A stretch of 64,000 bases of DNA from Callorhinchus milii (lineage: Eukaryota), in assembly GCF_018977255.1 (NCBI RefSeq), contig NW_024704743.1:31374001-31438000 (forward strand), given 5' to 3'. Positions 13,949 through 27,255 of the stretch are shown here, piece by piece; position 1 is the stretch's first letter; the number at the start of each line of letters is the position of its first letter. The notes under the pieces were generated by a model. The model was given only the letters and a program-made list of their open reading frames with translations, was not told the DNA's origin and searched no databases. A program made the position numbers and the translations under genes.

Positions 13949-15391
13949 CTACAAAATTACATTTGACGCCTTTCACGTCGGGAGGACATCCCAATGCGAT
14001 GTACAATCAGTGCTTTGGATGCAAGCTCCCGAAACGACACCCTCACCCACCTCCCTGCATCCTCAATATGTTGTAATAAACACTCATCGCACTACCTCTA
14101 ACCCTAATTCACTTTCCCAGGATCTCAAGACTGTAGAACATTTTACTTCCCTGTCTCGACTTCCTCCTACAATCTAGAGATGTAAACCCCATGTTTAACA
14201 TCATCTGACCACTCCTTGACTAATCTTAACTCTTACTTTTTATCAATTTAGGGTTCTGTATTATGGACTTTGGGTTTTCAAAAACAATGAACAAAACAAC
14301 TCTTGGTTAAACAAAGTGATTTTACATGGTGTTGCTTGAACTGGACAATTATTTGCCATGTCCCCCTCCAACTGTATTGCTATATTAGGTTTTCTATTGA
14401 ACAATGTTAGATACGCATTGCTACAAATACATATGAAAGCAATTATTGGTATCAATTATTCTGGAAAACACGCAATAGTTCCTGAAAACACAAATTAAAT
14501 ATAATTAGAAAATAAATACTAAGATTAATTCAAGCATTAAAAAAACTTAAACAATCAACATCATCCAAAAACAATGTAATGGAATAAAAGTACCGTATTA
14601 ATCTTATTATTTTAAGAATCAATTTCTCATAGCAGTTTGAAGTATCCAATCATTTCACATTAATTAAATTAAAAGCATTTGTGAAAAAGATTTGTGTTTT
14701 CACTATCAATAAATAACTACAGTACCAGTATGCCAACATCATCACAAAAAGTTAGAAGTCAAAATATAAGTGATGCTACATTTTTCCTTAATTTTCAAGT
14801 GGCAACAAAAACAAACTGTCCACGTGAACTATATAAAGAGGTTAATCAAAAGAGAAAACATTACCAGTCTAGTTCATATGCACAAAACAACAAGTATAAA
14901 GAGTTCATTTTAAACTGCATTTTATGTGGTACAAAAGTCCTATTGTGACATTTTTTTTAAAAAAAAGGTCTGGGTTGAGCCACCACAGTTTAATATGCCC
15001 AAGGGCTAAAAGAGTCCTTGACTGTTAGCTAATCCAAAACTAACATGTTTAATAGCTTTATAAACTGCCTAATAGCTTGGAATTAGTTTGAAAAACCTTT
15101 ATTGCCTCTGGAAAAGATTTCACTGAATTCTTGCTTATATCATGGTGGATTAATCTTATTTTTTTCCTGTGGAATGGTTGGATTTAATTTGTTATACTGT
15201 GCTGGCAGAGGGCTTCTTGAAATATTAAGCAAATATTTACAAAATAATTGGGATATTGAGTTTCAGTGTTGTCCAAATAAGTGAATCTGTTTCACAAAAC
15301 AAATGAGCAGAACAGGTCCAAATTGGAAAGTCCTCACCTAACCACCAACATGAGCAGCTGAAGAAAGTGTTACAAATTTTTTTTTTGTGGG

Positions 15392-15950
15392 GGTTCTGAA
15401 CTGGCTCCAAGGTGATATATTTGGGGACGGAATATCGGAATTGAGCAACCCTCTGTGGTGGTCTCGGTCATCCAGTTCCTGAGCCAGGTGGGTCCACAGT
15501 ATTCCAGGGCCACTGCTGGCTCATCGGCAGGACCTGGAAGGGCAGAGCAGTCACTGGGGTACAGGAGTCATCGCACTCAGCTCCTGTTACCCTACAAACC
15601 AAAGTCCTAATGGGTAGGGTGGTCCTAGCTGGACAAGCAGCGGGAAAGATTGCCAGACAGAAATATCAATGGTAAGCTATGTGGTTTTAGCTGGTTAGAC
15701 TCCAGCAGTACCTAAACACACACTCTAAGAGTCCCCAAGCCTTGGCTCTTGCCAAGCTGCGCCAAATACTTTTAGGAATTAGGTAAACAGGATGCATCCC
15801 TCCAGGGAGAGAGTGAGCATTCCATTCCAACAACCTATCTCTGGGATTTCCATGTGTAGGAGGGATGCATGGAAGCATCAGCTTGGTTTGGATACTCTTA
15901 AACTTGGTGATGGGTTTCCACAAGCTTCAGACGCCCGGCTGACCAAACAA
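15392..15950 (+). repeat. Unclassified ~550-bp interspersed repeat, copy 1
   Basis: Co-linear with 23425-23960 over its whole length. Confidence 0.85.
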
Positions 15951-17095
15951 AAAGCTAAACTTACCAATATCAAAAAATTACATACTCTAAAGATCGCCTA
16001 CCCCTCCTAAAACCAGGCAACTCTCACAATCCCCCAAATGAGCAGAAAGTTTGTTTTGAAATTCTACACAGATCAATGAGGCTAAATTGAGCACCACCTT
16101 TGAGATCCCAATGGAACATACCATTACCTCATTGGTAGGGGAGGCAGCCTTCCTCCACCTCCTGCTAGTTTGTAGATAATCACCAAAATAAATGGCTTGC
16201 CATTCATTCACTTGGGAAAATTCCAAGCCTGCATCTCAATGTTTTTTTGACAAGCCAGCAGAGACAATAAAATTGTATGAGCAAACTTGTCTTAATGCTG
16301 CATGACTGCTAAATCCCTGATTGTTCAGCGGTTTGGGACGCGTCCCTCCAGGGAGACGTGACAGGCGCGACACAAATGTAATTTGTTGTTGTTGTTGCAT
16401 GGTGTCATCCTCTAGTGCAGGAACCTGCTGCATAATTGGTACGTCCGGTGAGATTGTTAAGATTTGCTGTTGGCTATTCTCTGGGTACTTGCTGCACAAA
16501 GCAACAACTCGCAATTACATAGCACTCTTCAAGTAGGCTAACGTCTCAGAGTGCTGTATAGTGGTCAGGTTGAACACGAAGCAAGGAAGAAGGGGGAGGG
16601 GTTGCTAACCATAGGTGCAGTCAAAGAGGCAGATTAAAGCCCCAGTTTCAGACAAATCTGCTGCAGGTTCACTTTATATTTAAAGCTGGATACCTGCACT
16701 TTTTATTCACAAGAGATGTCTCCATGTTACAACTCAAGAAGCCTTAAGAGACAGAAGCTAGAATTGGACAATGATTTATCTACCACATTCCTCATGCACA
16801 TTTTGGCACAAAATTTTGTCATTTTGTCATTTTTACTCTTTTTGTATAATCTTTCTTTAGTTGATTTTCTTCTATCTCAATATGAATTTCACTTATGGCT
16901 ACTTGACATTACTGGCACAGATTAGCTACTGTGTTTACATAGATAATATTTACTTTGGGTCCTTAAATTCAGTCCAAGCTAACATTCGAATACAGGGCTG
17001 GGGGGGATACTGCATTGTTGGAGGCGCCATCCTTCAGATGAAAAGCTAAATCAAAATCATGTCTGCCTTTCAGGTGGATGTTAAAAGATCACATT

Positions 17096-17525
17096 ATAAT
17101 AACCGTTGCATTTGATATAATGCACCCCATTGAGAAGTCTCAAAGCTTATATATACAGGATATACTGTAATGAGGATGTACTGTGTTTTTGGTGTGGGTG
17201 AAAGGCCGCAGCCAATTTGTGCACAACAATGTCCCACAAATAGCCATGGCATGAGTGATCAATTGTATTTGGTGGATAATTGGCCATGACACCAGGAGAA
17301 ACTCCCTGTTCTTTTTGAACAGTGCCTCGGAATCGTTAACTTGAACAGGCAGACAGGACCTCAGTTTAATGCCTCATCTGAAGGACACTACTTCAATGCA
17401 AGACACCCCCAGTACTGTATTTGAGTGTCAGCTTAGACTATGTAAATCAAAGTCCTGACATGGGGCCTAAACCGACAACCCCGACTCAGAGGAGAGTGCG
17501 CTATCACTGCTCCAAGCTGATACAC
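17096..17525 (-). mobile_element. DeuSINE-type (SacSINE1-like) SINE
   Basis: Head gtatcagcttggagcagtgatagcgcactctc, Deu-like middle (cagatgaggcattaaactgaggtcctgtctgcctgttcaag), same 3' module as the other SINE. Confidence 0.8.
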
Positions 17526-18304
17526 ATTTGGAGCTGTTCAAAAAGAGAAGAGAGTTTCTCCCAGTATCCTGGCCAATCATAGAAATTTACAGCGGAGGAG
17601 ACTTTTCGACCCACAGAGTGTGCACCAGCTCTCATGTTCATTCAATCCCACTGTCCTGCCCTATTCCCATACCCTTTCAAGTCTTTATCTTTCCTAAATC
17701 TCACCCAGATATAATTGGTCATTTACTTCATGGCTGTTTGTGGGATATTATTGTGTGAAAATTGGGATATTGCAGTGCATAAGTTGGCTCCCACGTTTGC
17801 CTACAAATCACACAGTCACTACACTTTACAGTAAACCCTGTAAAGTGTTTTGAGATGCCATTCTGATGTGAAAGGCACTATATCAAATGCAAGGATTAAC
17901 ACGACAGTATTATGTACTTAATTTCTATCATATTTTGTAAAGTACTTTGAAACAACAACAAACAACAACAAGTTGCATTTATATAGCACCCTTCACATGG
18001 GGCAGCGTCTTAACAGTGGCGAAGTCTGATGCCGAGCCAGCGGGGGGCGGGGGGGGGGTGGGTGTTCATGGGGAGGTGAGACATTCGTATTTACATCAAA
18101 AGCACAATATAAATACTGGTTATTGCAATATATTTTGCAATGCTATAGCACAGCAGTTAATTAGTAATTTGAGACACCAAAAAAATTTACCTATCATAAT
18201 GACAGACATCATTTGAGGCTGTAATCAATCGCATCACTTTATTTTATTGATTGTCCTGGATTCCCTCCGACTCACCCCTCCCTCCCAACTTTCAAAGCCC
18301 GCCT

Positions 18305-19865
18305 TAATAATATTACTTATTCTTGCATCTGATACAGCGCCTTATCATGAGTTCGAGATGTCTCAAAGCTCTTCACATAATGTAGTGTACACTAAGTGTA
18401 GTGACTGTGTATTTTGTGGGCAATTGCACAAGGCAGGGTCCCACAAACAGTCGTGGAATGAGTGACCAAACATATATTTTTTTGGAGGATTATTATGCCC
18501 AGAAAGTGATCCGCCAATCGACTGACAAGCAGGTTCCTACTCATTGCTAGGTAAACAGAGGTGCAGAGAGTAAGGAAACATGCCTAAGATTTCACCCCAT
18601 TCAACAACAACAACAACAAGATTCCATTTATAGAGCGCCTTTCACGTCAGGAGGACGTCCCAAGGCGCTGCACAGTTGGGTCATGACCCGAGCAGGGGGG
18701 AAATGGTCAGGGTGAGGGGAGGGAAGGGAGGGAGAGAGGAGGGGGGAAATGGTCAGGGTGAGGGGAGGGAAGGGAGGGAGCGAGGAGGAGGAAGAGAGTC
18801 GAGAGGGGAGCTGAAGGCACGGTCAAAGAGAAAGGTTTTGAGACCGGCCTTGAAGGAGGAAAGGGAGGAAGCGGCGAAGGCACTGGGGGATGGAGTTCCA
18901 GAGCCTCGGGGCTGAGAGGCTGAAGGCCCGACCACCGATAGTAGGGCGGTTGGGGCGGGGGACGTGGAGCAGACCGGAGCCAGAGGAACGGAGGGTACGG
19001 GCAGGTAGGTAGGGGGATAGTAGGTTGGAGAGGTAGGAGGGAGCAAGGCCGTGAATGGCCTTGTAGGTGAGGATGAGGATCTTGAAATCAATCCTCTGGG
19101 GGATGGGGAGCCAGTGGAGGCGAGCGAGGGTGGGAGTGATGTGGTCCCGAAGCCTGGTGCGGGACAGTACACGAGCTGCAGAGTTCTGAATGACCTGCAG
19201 CTTGTGGAGGGAGGTGGCGGGAAGGCCGGCGAGGAGAGAGTTCCCATAGTCCAGCCTTGAGGTGACAAAGGCGTGAACCAGGGTTTCAGCAGCGTGAGGG
19301 GTGAGGTAGTGCCGTAGTCTGGCGATATTCCGGAGGTGATGGAAGGCGGTGCCAGTTGTGGTGCGGATGTGAGGGAGAAAGGACAGCTCAGGGTCGAACA
19401 AAACGCCGAGGTTCCTGACTGGCTTTGAGAGGTGGAGAGTGCAGCCTTGGATGCTGATGGTGTCAGCGCCTGAGGTGCGGAGGCGCTGACGTGAGCCAAT
19501 CAGGAGGGCCTCGGTTTTTCGCACGTTGAGCTGAAGAAAGTTGTCTCTCGTCCAGGACTCGATGTCGGACAGGCTGTCAGGACATCGGTGGTCGTGGAGT
19601 TGAGAGTAGAGGAGGAAAGGTAGAGTTGGGTGTCATCCGCATACATGTGGAAGTTAACCCCATGTTGCGGATGATGTCACCGAGGGGGAGCATATAGAGG
19701 GTGAAGAGGAGGGGACCGAGGACAGAGCCCTGAGGGACACCACATAAGACAGTACGGGGGGTGGAGGAGAAGCCATTCGTTGAGACGAAGTGATTCAGGA
19801 ATCAAACCCAGGTCCTCTCGCTTACGAAGCTAGCACGTTAACCAACCCCTACACTACAGGACTCC
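18305..19865 (-). mobile_element. tRNA-headed SINE (long subfamily) split by the young L2
   Basis: Body and tail at 18305-18603; head at 19798-19865. Confidence 0.85.
18604..19792 (-). mobile_element. Young 5'-truncated L2-clade LINE (RT C-terminal half, 3' UTR, (TTG)n tail)
   Basis: [10 protein letters not shown] and [12 protein letters not shown] motifs near 19620-19740; ORF 18823-19524 with RLDYGN..LHWLP..RIDFKIL..GGRAFS..WN; small frameshifts; candidate TSD attca. Confidence 0.95.
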
Positions 19866-22424
19866 ATATAACTAGATAAGCTCCTCTCACACACACACAC
19901 ACACACCCACCACCCACATACCCCTTACCTCTTTGACTGTGCTTTCAGTCACCTTTCCCCTCTCTAACCTCTTCAGCCCCCACGCCCTGGCTTGGTGCCC
20001 AGTCAGTGGTATAAAGCATTTTGAGACATCTTCTCAATGTGAACAGTGCTATATAAATGTAAACTATGATTTTCCACTGAATCAAATACCACTGACACCA
20101 TTTTGTCATGTATACAGTATTTTGAATGTAAGAACGTTTTCCTATTTCGCGCCAAATCGTATTCAGTCGATATAAGCCAACTAATTTCTTAATTACATAC
20201 AATTTACAATCTGTACATGGAAATAAGCCAAACAAATTTATATTCCAATTGTATTCAGATAAGATTAGTCAACAAATTTGATGTAGAATCAAAAAAATTC
20301 AAAGGCCACAAAGTGGCCATTCAGCCATCAAATCTTTGTTGTAACATTTTTCATTCCAGCATGTACAGGATACAGTTCCAGGCTGAAGGAATAAAACAAA
20401 CACTGGCAAATGTATCTCTGTTCACATAGAAGGGGAATACACTTTTCACACAGTTAGGTAAAAATTGTTTTGCTCATTTGTACCCTGTTGTCCTCTTTTA
20501 GGTGTCAAATAGAAAAACATTTCAATGTTATAATGTACCTTTCACATACGTGCAGCATTTCGATTCATAGCTAAGGAACAAGAAAAATTTTCCACTCAAA
20601 GAGTTGATCACACAAAACAAACTGCCTTATAAATGAAAACACTGAACAATCTGGCCTTTCACTGTGGAATTATAAATAAGTGTCAAGTCCACAATTTTGT
20701 ACGTCTGGCAGCCTGCACCAGCTGCAAATGGTTTTGAATTTGTAACAAGCCCACAGATACTTAAGCTTTTCGAGTTAATTATTTTGGTACCAAAGCATGA
20801 CCCCATGAAGAGCTCTCAGATGCTTTTAAAATTTTCCCTCTTAACTCACATCTTTTTCAACTGAACAGCTATTTTGAATTATACCAGTTAATGCACTGTC
20901 TGGTCAGTGAAGCAGTGTGGAACTTAGCAGAGCATGACCCCCTACTGGCTGATAAAATTTAACACTGGGTTTATTTTCAAGCTGCCAACCTGATAGCAAA
21001 CAGATGCTAGGTCACTGTAGCCTAAGCACAAGGGGCCTGTTGTCAATAAGAAAGGTCTAAGATAAATTGGAAATAGCGCACTACAAAGCCATTCTGATGG
21101 CACCAAAACATTAAATCTGCCCTTCAGCCACTTGGAATGACAAAATATTGCTGCGGTCAGACACTAAATTATAAATTCTGCTGTTTTCTATCAGAACAGT
21201 CCCTGTGTAGTCATACTTTTCTGAGTTGCAAGCTAGAAATCTGAGTTAGCAAAATTGGATTACATGATATTATTGCTCACGAGAAAGCTGCCAGTTGAAT
21301 ATAGACAGACCTGCATTCAGAAAATTGCATTTGAAACCATTTTAGCCTTTTTAAAAAGGGGATATTGGCATGCAGTATAGAGACATTTATTCCAGTCAAG
21401 TTAACAATATTATCCCAAACTACTGAAATTTCAATCCACAAGAAAAATGAAAGATGCTAACTGGTCGAGAAGTTTAATTTACAATTCAAACAGTTCAGCT
21501 GTTGTTGTCTTACCTGAACACCCACCCAAACATTGCTACACAAACTGGCAACCCTCCCGATAGTCTAAGGGCAGTTTTATAGAACTCTCCAGAAAAAAAT
21601 TCCACAATATGAATACCATTAACCAGATTCAGGCTTATAACTTCATGTGTTTAGTTACATTTCCAAACTTACAGCATTTAAATGGATCAGTCACAACGCC
21701 ACATATTTCAAAAAGTATTAACATGAAAGATGTGGATAAAGAAGGCTTTTCAACTGATTTGGTCTATTCTTCAGATATACTTATCCCCTCATCTCATTAC
21801 AGATCAATTTTGTTTTATTTTGTTGAAAGATCACAACAGAGATTTGTTCTAAAAGCTATTTTTTTAAAAAACACATATTTCACCTTTTTCCAGTCAAGTT
21901 TTCTATGTTTCAAGCCACAACTGAGAGATTGGCAGGTGATCTGACAATGCCACTCTATAACAACAACAAAATTACATTTCTATAGCCCCTTTCACGTCAG
22001 GAGGACGTCCCAAGGCGCTGGATAAACAGAGTTAAGGACCCTGTCTACAAACAGGCATTTTAGGAGGTACACTAGAAAACAGTGATCGTCTCCCTCAGCT
22101 TTTTCTCTTGCTTGGTGAGTAAAGAGTTTTGGACTGCTCATGACATCCCAATAGCATGCCTATGGATAGAAATTGTGTTTTCAATACCATTTTGCATGGT
22201 ATCATATTATACTCCAATCTGTACTGACATCCCAAAAATATTTTTTGGTTGCCTTTCAAAACAAAACACTCAAAAAATACTCAATTGTCCATATCACATC
22301 GTTTCATAGCCTCATAATCACCAACTTATAAAGAACATAATTTAATTATGTAAACAAAAATCATAGTATTTTGACCTGAACTACCTACAATGAAACATAA
22401 CTTCTAAGAGGTGAAAAACTCCAC

Positions 22425-22610
22425 TAAGTCTTTTGTTTGACCGTGCCTTCAGCTCCTCTCTCGACTCTCTACCCCCTCCTCGCTCCCCCCCTTCCCTCCC
22501 CTCACCCTGATCATTTCCCCCTGCTCGGGTCCTGACCCAACTGTCCAGCGCCTTGGGACGTCCTCCCGACGTGAAAGGCGCTCTATAAATGAAATCTTGT
22601 TGTTATTATT
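22425..22610 (+). mobile_element. L2 3' UTR/tail of the young subfamily
   Basis: Near-identical to the reverse complement of 18604-18840. Confidence 0.85.
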
Positions 22611-23424
22611 GTTTGTTTGATCTCAACCCTATTTACTTGCTTCTCACCATATTCATCAACATTCTCTCTTTCAGACTGCAGAAATGTATTTCATTGAACC
22701 AATGTATACTCCACTTCAAATGGTCTACTCTGATAATTTATTCTACAAGTCGATTACCCTTGACACTTTCATCCCTCTCATTGCCAATTCCCATTTGAAG
22801 TCAAAACTGAATTTAAAACACAAACTTCTGACTGTTGATGTCATTTTGAAGTGGCTGAGAAAAGTGGTAGCTTGTTATCTGCTAACAGAAATGGCTAACA
22901 AATGTCTAATTATTATGCTGCAGAGTAAATAAAGCACATGCTACAAACATCAAGCAAAGGTAAATAAGTACTTAATTATTTTGTCTTTGTTCTTTGGAGA
23001 AGTTGTGAAAGGCTTAATAGGCAGCTATAATTAGTCAATATAAATTGAGAAACTAATCTTGAAACTAATCATGACACATCCATGAACTGAAATGAAAGCA
23101 GCAGTGTTCCACATATGTCTAAAAGAAAATCACTTTATTCTTCACAGAAAGGCATATGTTTCCAACATTTTTAGATCAATCGGTGTTTCACAGCGATGAG
23201 GATGGGTTTCTGCATGTGTCAGACACCCGGCTGACCAAATAAAAGTTGGAATATTTTAATATTGCTCCAAATGCGCTTTTTTTTAAAAAAAACAGAAGGG
23301 TTTTCCATAGAGCCACTAAATTTGTGGAACTGAAACAATTATGGAGTAACCCAGCTTCAATCAGGATTTAGTTCATTAATAAGTTGCATATTTTCCTCGG
23401 TGGGGTGGTGGGGAGGGGGGGAAG

Positions 23425-23960
23425 GCTTCAAGGTGACAAGTTAGTAACGGAATGTAAGAATCGAGCCAAGTGGCGGTCTCGGTAGTCCAGTTCCTGAACC
23501 AGGAGGTTCGGCGGTATTCCAGGGCACTGCTGATGACATTACAGCCAGCCTGGCTGATCAGCGGGACATGGAAGGGCAGACCAGTCACTGCGGGCAGGGA
23601 ATCCTCCCACTCAGCTCCTGTTAACCTTGCAAGCCAAAGCCCTAACGGGAAATGTGGTCGTACCGAGACAAGCAGTGGGAAAGATTGCTCTCAATGGCAA
23701 ACTATTCGGTTTTAGCTGGTTAGATTCCAGCAGTACCATAACTCACACTCTGGGGTCCCCCAATCCATGGCTCTTGCCTAATACTTTCCAGAATTAGCTA
23801 AGCAGGATGTGTCCCTCCAGGGAGAGAGTGTGCATTCTATTCCAACAATCTATCTCTGGGACTCCCACGTGTAGATAGGATGCATAGAAATCTCAGCTTG
23901 CTTTGGATAAGCATGGTGATGGGTTTCCGCATGTGTCAGGCACTCAGCTCACTACACAAA
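23425..23960 (+). repeat. Unclassified ~550-bp interspersed repeat, copy 2
   Basis: Shares blocks such as ggttttagctggttaga.tccagcagtacc and ccctccagggagagagtg with 15392-15950. Confidence 0.85.
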
Positions 23961-24124
23961 AAATTAACTTACATTGCAGGATTATTTTACTTATGGGCAA
24001 AGGTTCACTTCAAGAAGGCTCCACTATATCGATAACAACTATAAAAGACAGCCAATTCAAGAGTTACTTAAATGTATTTATTGGAGAACAGAATATCCTT
24101 TAATGTCCCTCAAAACATACTTTT

Positions 24125-24402
24125 CAGGGACTGGGTGGCACAGTGAAATCCACTACCTGTGCAAGCTGGGTTTGAATTTAATTCAGGCTCTGTCTGTCAA
24201 ATCCATGAATCCTGTGAAATGGGTTTAGGCAGTCTCAATCCACTTCTTAGTGGGCATAGAATCACAGGTTCCAAAATTGACAATCTTACTGAGGGAGACC
24301 ACAGGATAGCTGACCGATACAAGTTCAAAATGTTACACTGGTGTAAAAGAAGCTGAGGAGCACCATTGGTGTGGGAAGAACGGGTAGCCTTATGCTCCAT
24401 CT
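24125..24402 (+). mobile_element. LF-SINE-related ancient SINE relic
   Basis: Starts gggactgggtggcacagtg; gtgaaatgggtttaggcagtctcaatccacttcttagtgggca resembles the LF-SINE central motif as I recall it. Confidence 0.55.
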
Positions 24403-25584
24403 TACAATACAATAATCTCACAACTAAATGACATGGACATTTTAATTCTTAAATCAAATAAGATTATTTTGGTTAGCTGCAGCGAGAGCTACCAACTATG
24501 TCCGGCGACCATTTTCGCTCCAAGTCACAAGTGGTAAGTGCAAGATTCATCTTTGCTATTTCATTTCATTAAATTCTGATTTATACAATTCTTATTAAAT
24601 AACGTTTATGTCGCACTATTCGTGGCCATAAATGGTGCAATAATATAAATCTGGCTTGACCAGACTCAAATTTCACTTGAGCCTCACACCTGAGATCAGA
24701 GGAACAGTTACATTCGCACTGCTGAAACATAAACCATGAGGGCACAAGTCTATTCTGGCACAGATCTACAGACATTTTTTGCAGCATTTTGATGGTCTGC
24801 TGATAGACCCAAAACGTTCAAAGGGCTGCTATTCTTAATCATTTGAAAAAAAATTTAAAAATTGTTGTTCACGTGTGTAAAGTTCAGAAGATGTCTGTTT
24901 GATTTTTAACCCTCCCTGAGAATAGGAAGTATAAATCAAGCTTCCAGCAGTAATAAACGTGCATCACTCCATCAGGACACTCCTACTCCCAGATTTGTTT
25001 GTTTTATTCCCTTGGGCTTTTTCCTTACACTAGAATTTCACACTTTCTTATTGATGCTCTTTTATTTCTATCCCACCTACACCACCACCACCCACTCCCC
25101 CCCCTTCTGCAGTTAGTACTTTTTCCTCTTCTTTCCAGTGACCATTTTTATTTGAGGTTAGCCTCCTGTCCATTTGGGTCTCCTAAGCACCACCATTACA
25201 GTATTCATACCTGAAAGACCAACCAAAGAGAAATCTCTTTCATTTGTCTTTTCCAGCATTGTTAGCTTTATTTCAGATTTCCAACAATAATCATTCTGTT
25301 TATGCCTCTTTTCAGTGGTCAATTGAGGAGAAAGGTGTTGAGAAAACATGTTTCAAAAATGATGCGTAAAAACTTGTCAACAAGACACTAATCTTAGAAC
25401 TGTATCACATGGAAATTTTAATTTTTAAAAAGAATACTTTTTTTTGGCTTGGAATAGACCTTTCGATTGTGACAGAGAGAGTACCAACTTTAAATTACTT
25501 CTAGGTAAAATAGGTAGAGAGCCACCTTTAAATTACTCCAAGGTAAATAAAAACCTAGGCAGAAGACAATGCATGACCTTACAG

Positions 25585-26193
25585 CGGGGTGGGCAATTAT
25601 TTTGGCTGGCGGGCCACTTCACGAGTTTTGGTAAGCTTCGCGGGCCACACACTTAATATAGATACAAACGCTTAATAATAGCTCAAAATCAAGTCTTACA
25701 CTTGTACGTGTATAAAATAAAGTCTTGTTTTATTTTGTAACTGCACACTGTTTTTATTTTATTTCTTTATTTTACTTTAATTTATTTTTATTTTATTTAT
25801 TTTATTTGTTTTATTTTCCACCCAGACTGGTAAAAAAATTTTTTAGACCATTCTTTGTTGAATATTCGGCCTTCAGCGTCTACTTTCCGCTTCTTTGATA
25901 AACTCATTTCGAATTAACGTCCTCTTCAGTGAAAAGTATAGCCGCGGTTGCCGCGCACGTGTTTGAAAATTTGTTGATCCGTACATTTCTGATGTCAGCC
26001 TGATTCAACACTTAAGGGAGCGTGCGCACAACTAAGCAGCTGATGTTGCCGGTCTGATTCAAATGCAAAATTTGTGCGACTTTCTGGGATTGAATGAACT
26101 GTAATTTTTTCTATTGCTAGACACAATGACGGGCCGGATAGAATCATTTGGTGGGCCAGATACGGCCCACGGGCCGTCTTTTGCCCACCCCTG
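25585..26193 (-). mobile_element. Non-autonomous hAT (Charlie/Buster-type) element, 609 bp
   Basis: TIRs cggggtgggcaa / ttgcccacccctg; 8-bp TSD ccttacag (25577-84) / ccttagag (26194-201); gggcc subterminal repeats; residual transposase start MSLSKKRKVDAEGRIFNKEWSKKFF from 25907 on the minus strand. Confidence 0.9.
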
Positions 26194-27255
26194 CCTTAGA
26201 GCATACTCAACTATTTTCAGTTATGTGGACAAAACCAGATAGTAGAATATAAGATAGCATTCCAATCAACAGTTTATAAGCTATAACTGCAAGTATGAAG
26301 TTCATGAGAGAGGCAAGTATGAAGTTCATGACTTTTGCTCATCATCAGAACTCCAAAATCGGATTGTGAAAGATGCCGTGTGTTATTTGAAATAGTTGGC
26401 AGACAGTCCATTTTTGTAGAGAGCAAGATGAGGAGGGTATCCCATAAGGAAGGCTATTCATAATGACCTTTAAACAATGTGGGTTACTTAGGTAAACGAT
26501 ACAAACACTATATATTTGGTATAGTAAAAAATATTATAAAGTATTGTAATGTCAGATTGCACCATACACACAGGCATAATACCAGCATTGTATAACCTAT
26601 CCCCCCTCTCTCCCCCTAGCTCGGGGTCAGACTCCGCCACTGTCAAGCATTAGGGACTCTACCCCACGTGAAGGGCGCGATATAAATGCAAGTTGTTGTT
26701 GTACTGTCCCTGGATTAAGTGCCACATGAGAACACATAAAACCAGAAAAAGAGCAAACTACAGTATTGTACTGGACATTATCTCAATCGCTTTTTTTAAA
26801 AAAGCTACATGGATCTGTACATCTGAGATTGCTGCTCTATGGGATTAGTGGAATTTTAGCTGGAATAAATGATTACTGTACTAACCGGCCCCTAGGGAGA
26901 AAGTTGGTTCCTAAAATATTTCAGTCCCCATCAGTCTTAATGACATTGGCTCAAGCTCCTTTTCTATTTGAATCACATGGAAAATATTCAGTTAATTTCA
27001 CTAACTAACCAGTTTCCAGCATTCCAGTATGGGTTCTTCAACAAAACAACTTTCCTCAGCCTCCCACAGGGACATCTGCAAAAACACCAACTGTAGAGTT
27101 TCACAGTTTCACTTTTGTTTGTGGAATTAAAAATTTAAAAACGCACAAGTGCTTATTATCCTGAATGAAAAGTACGTTTTCAGAAATGGAAACCAAAGTG
27201 AAAATGTCACAAATCACAGGAGACCAATTTGAGCCCAGTAAATTTTAACAATAAG

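Noticed and set aside
18753..19499. 248-aa Ser/Pro-rich ORF
   Set aside because: Alternative frame of the L2 ORF2 remnant.
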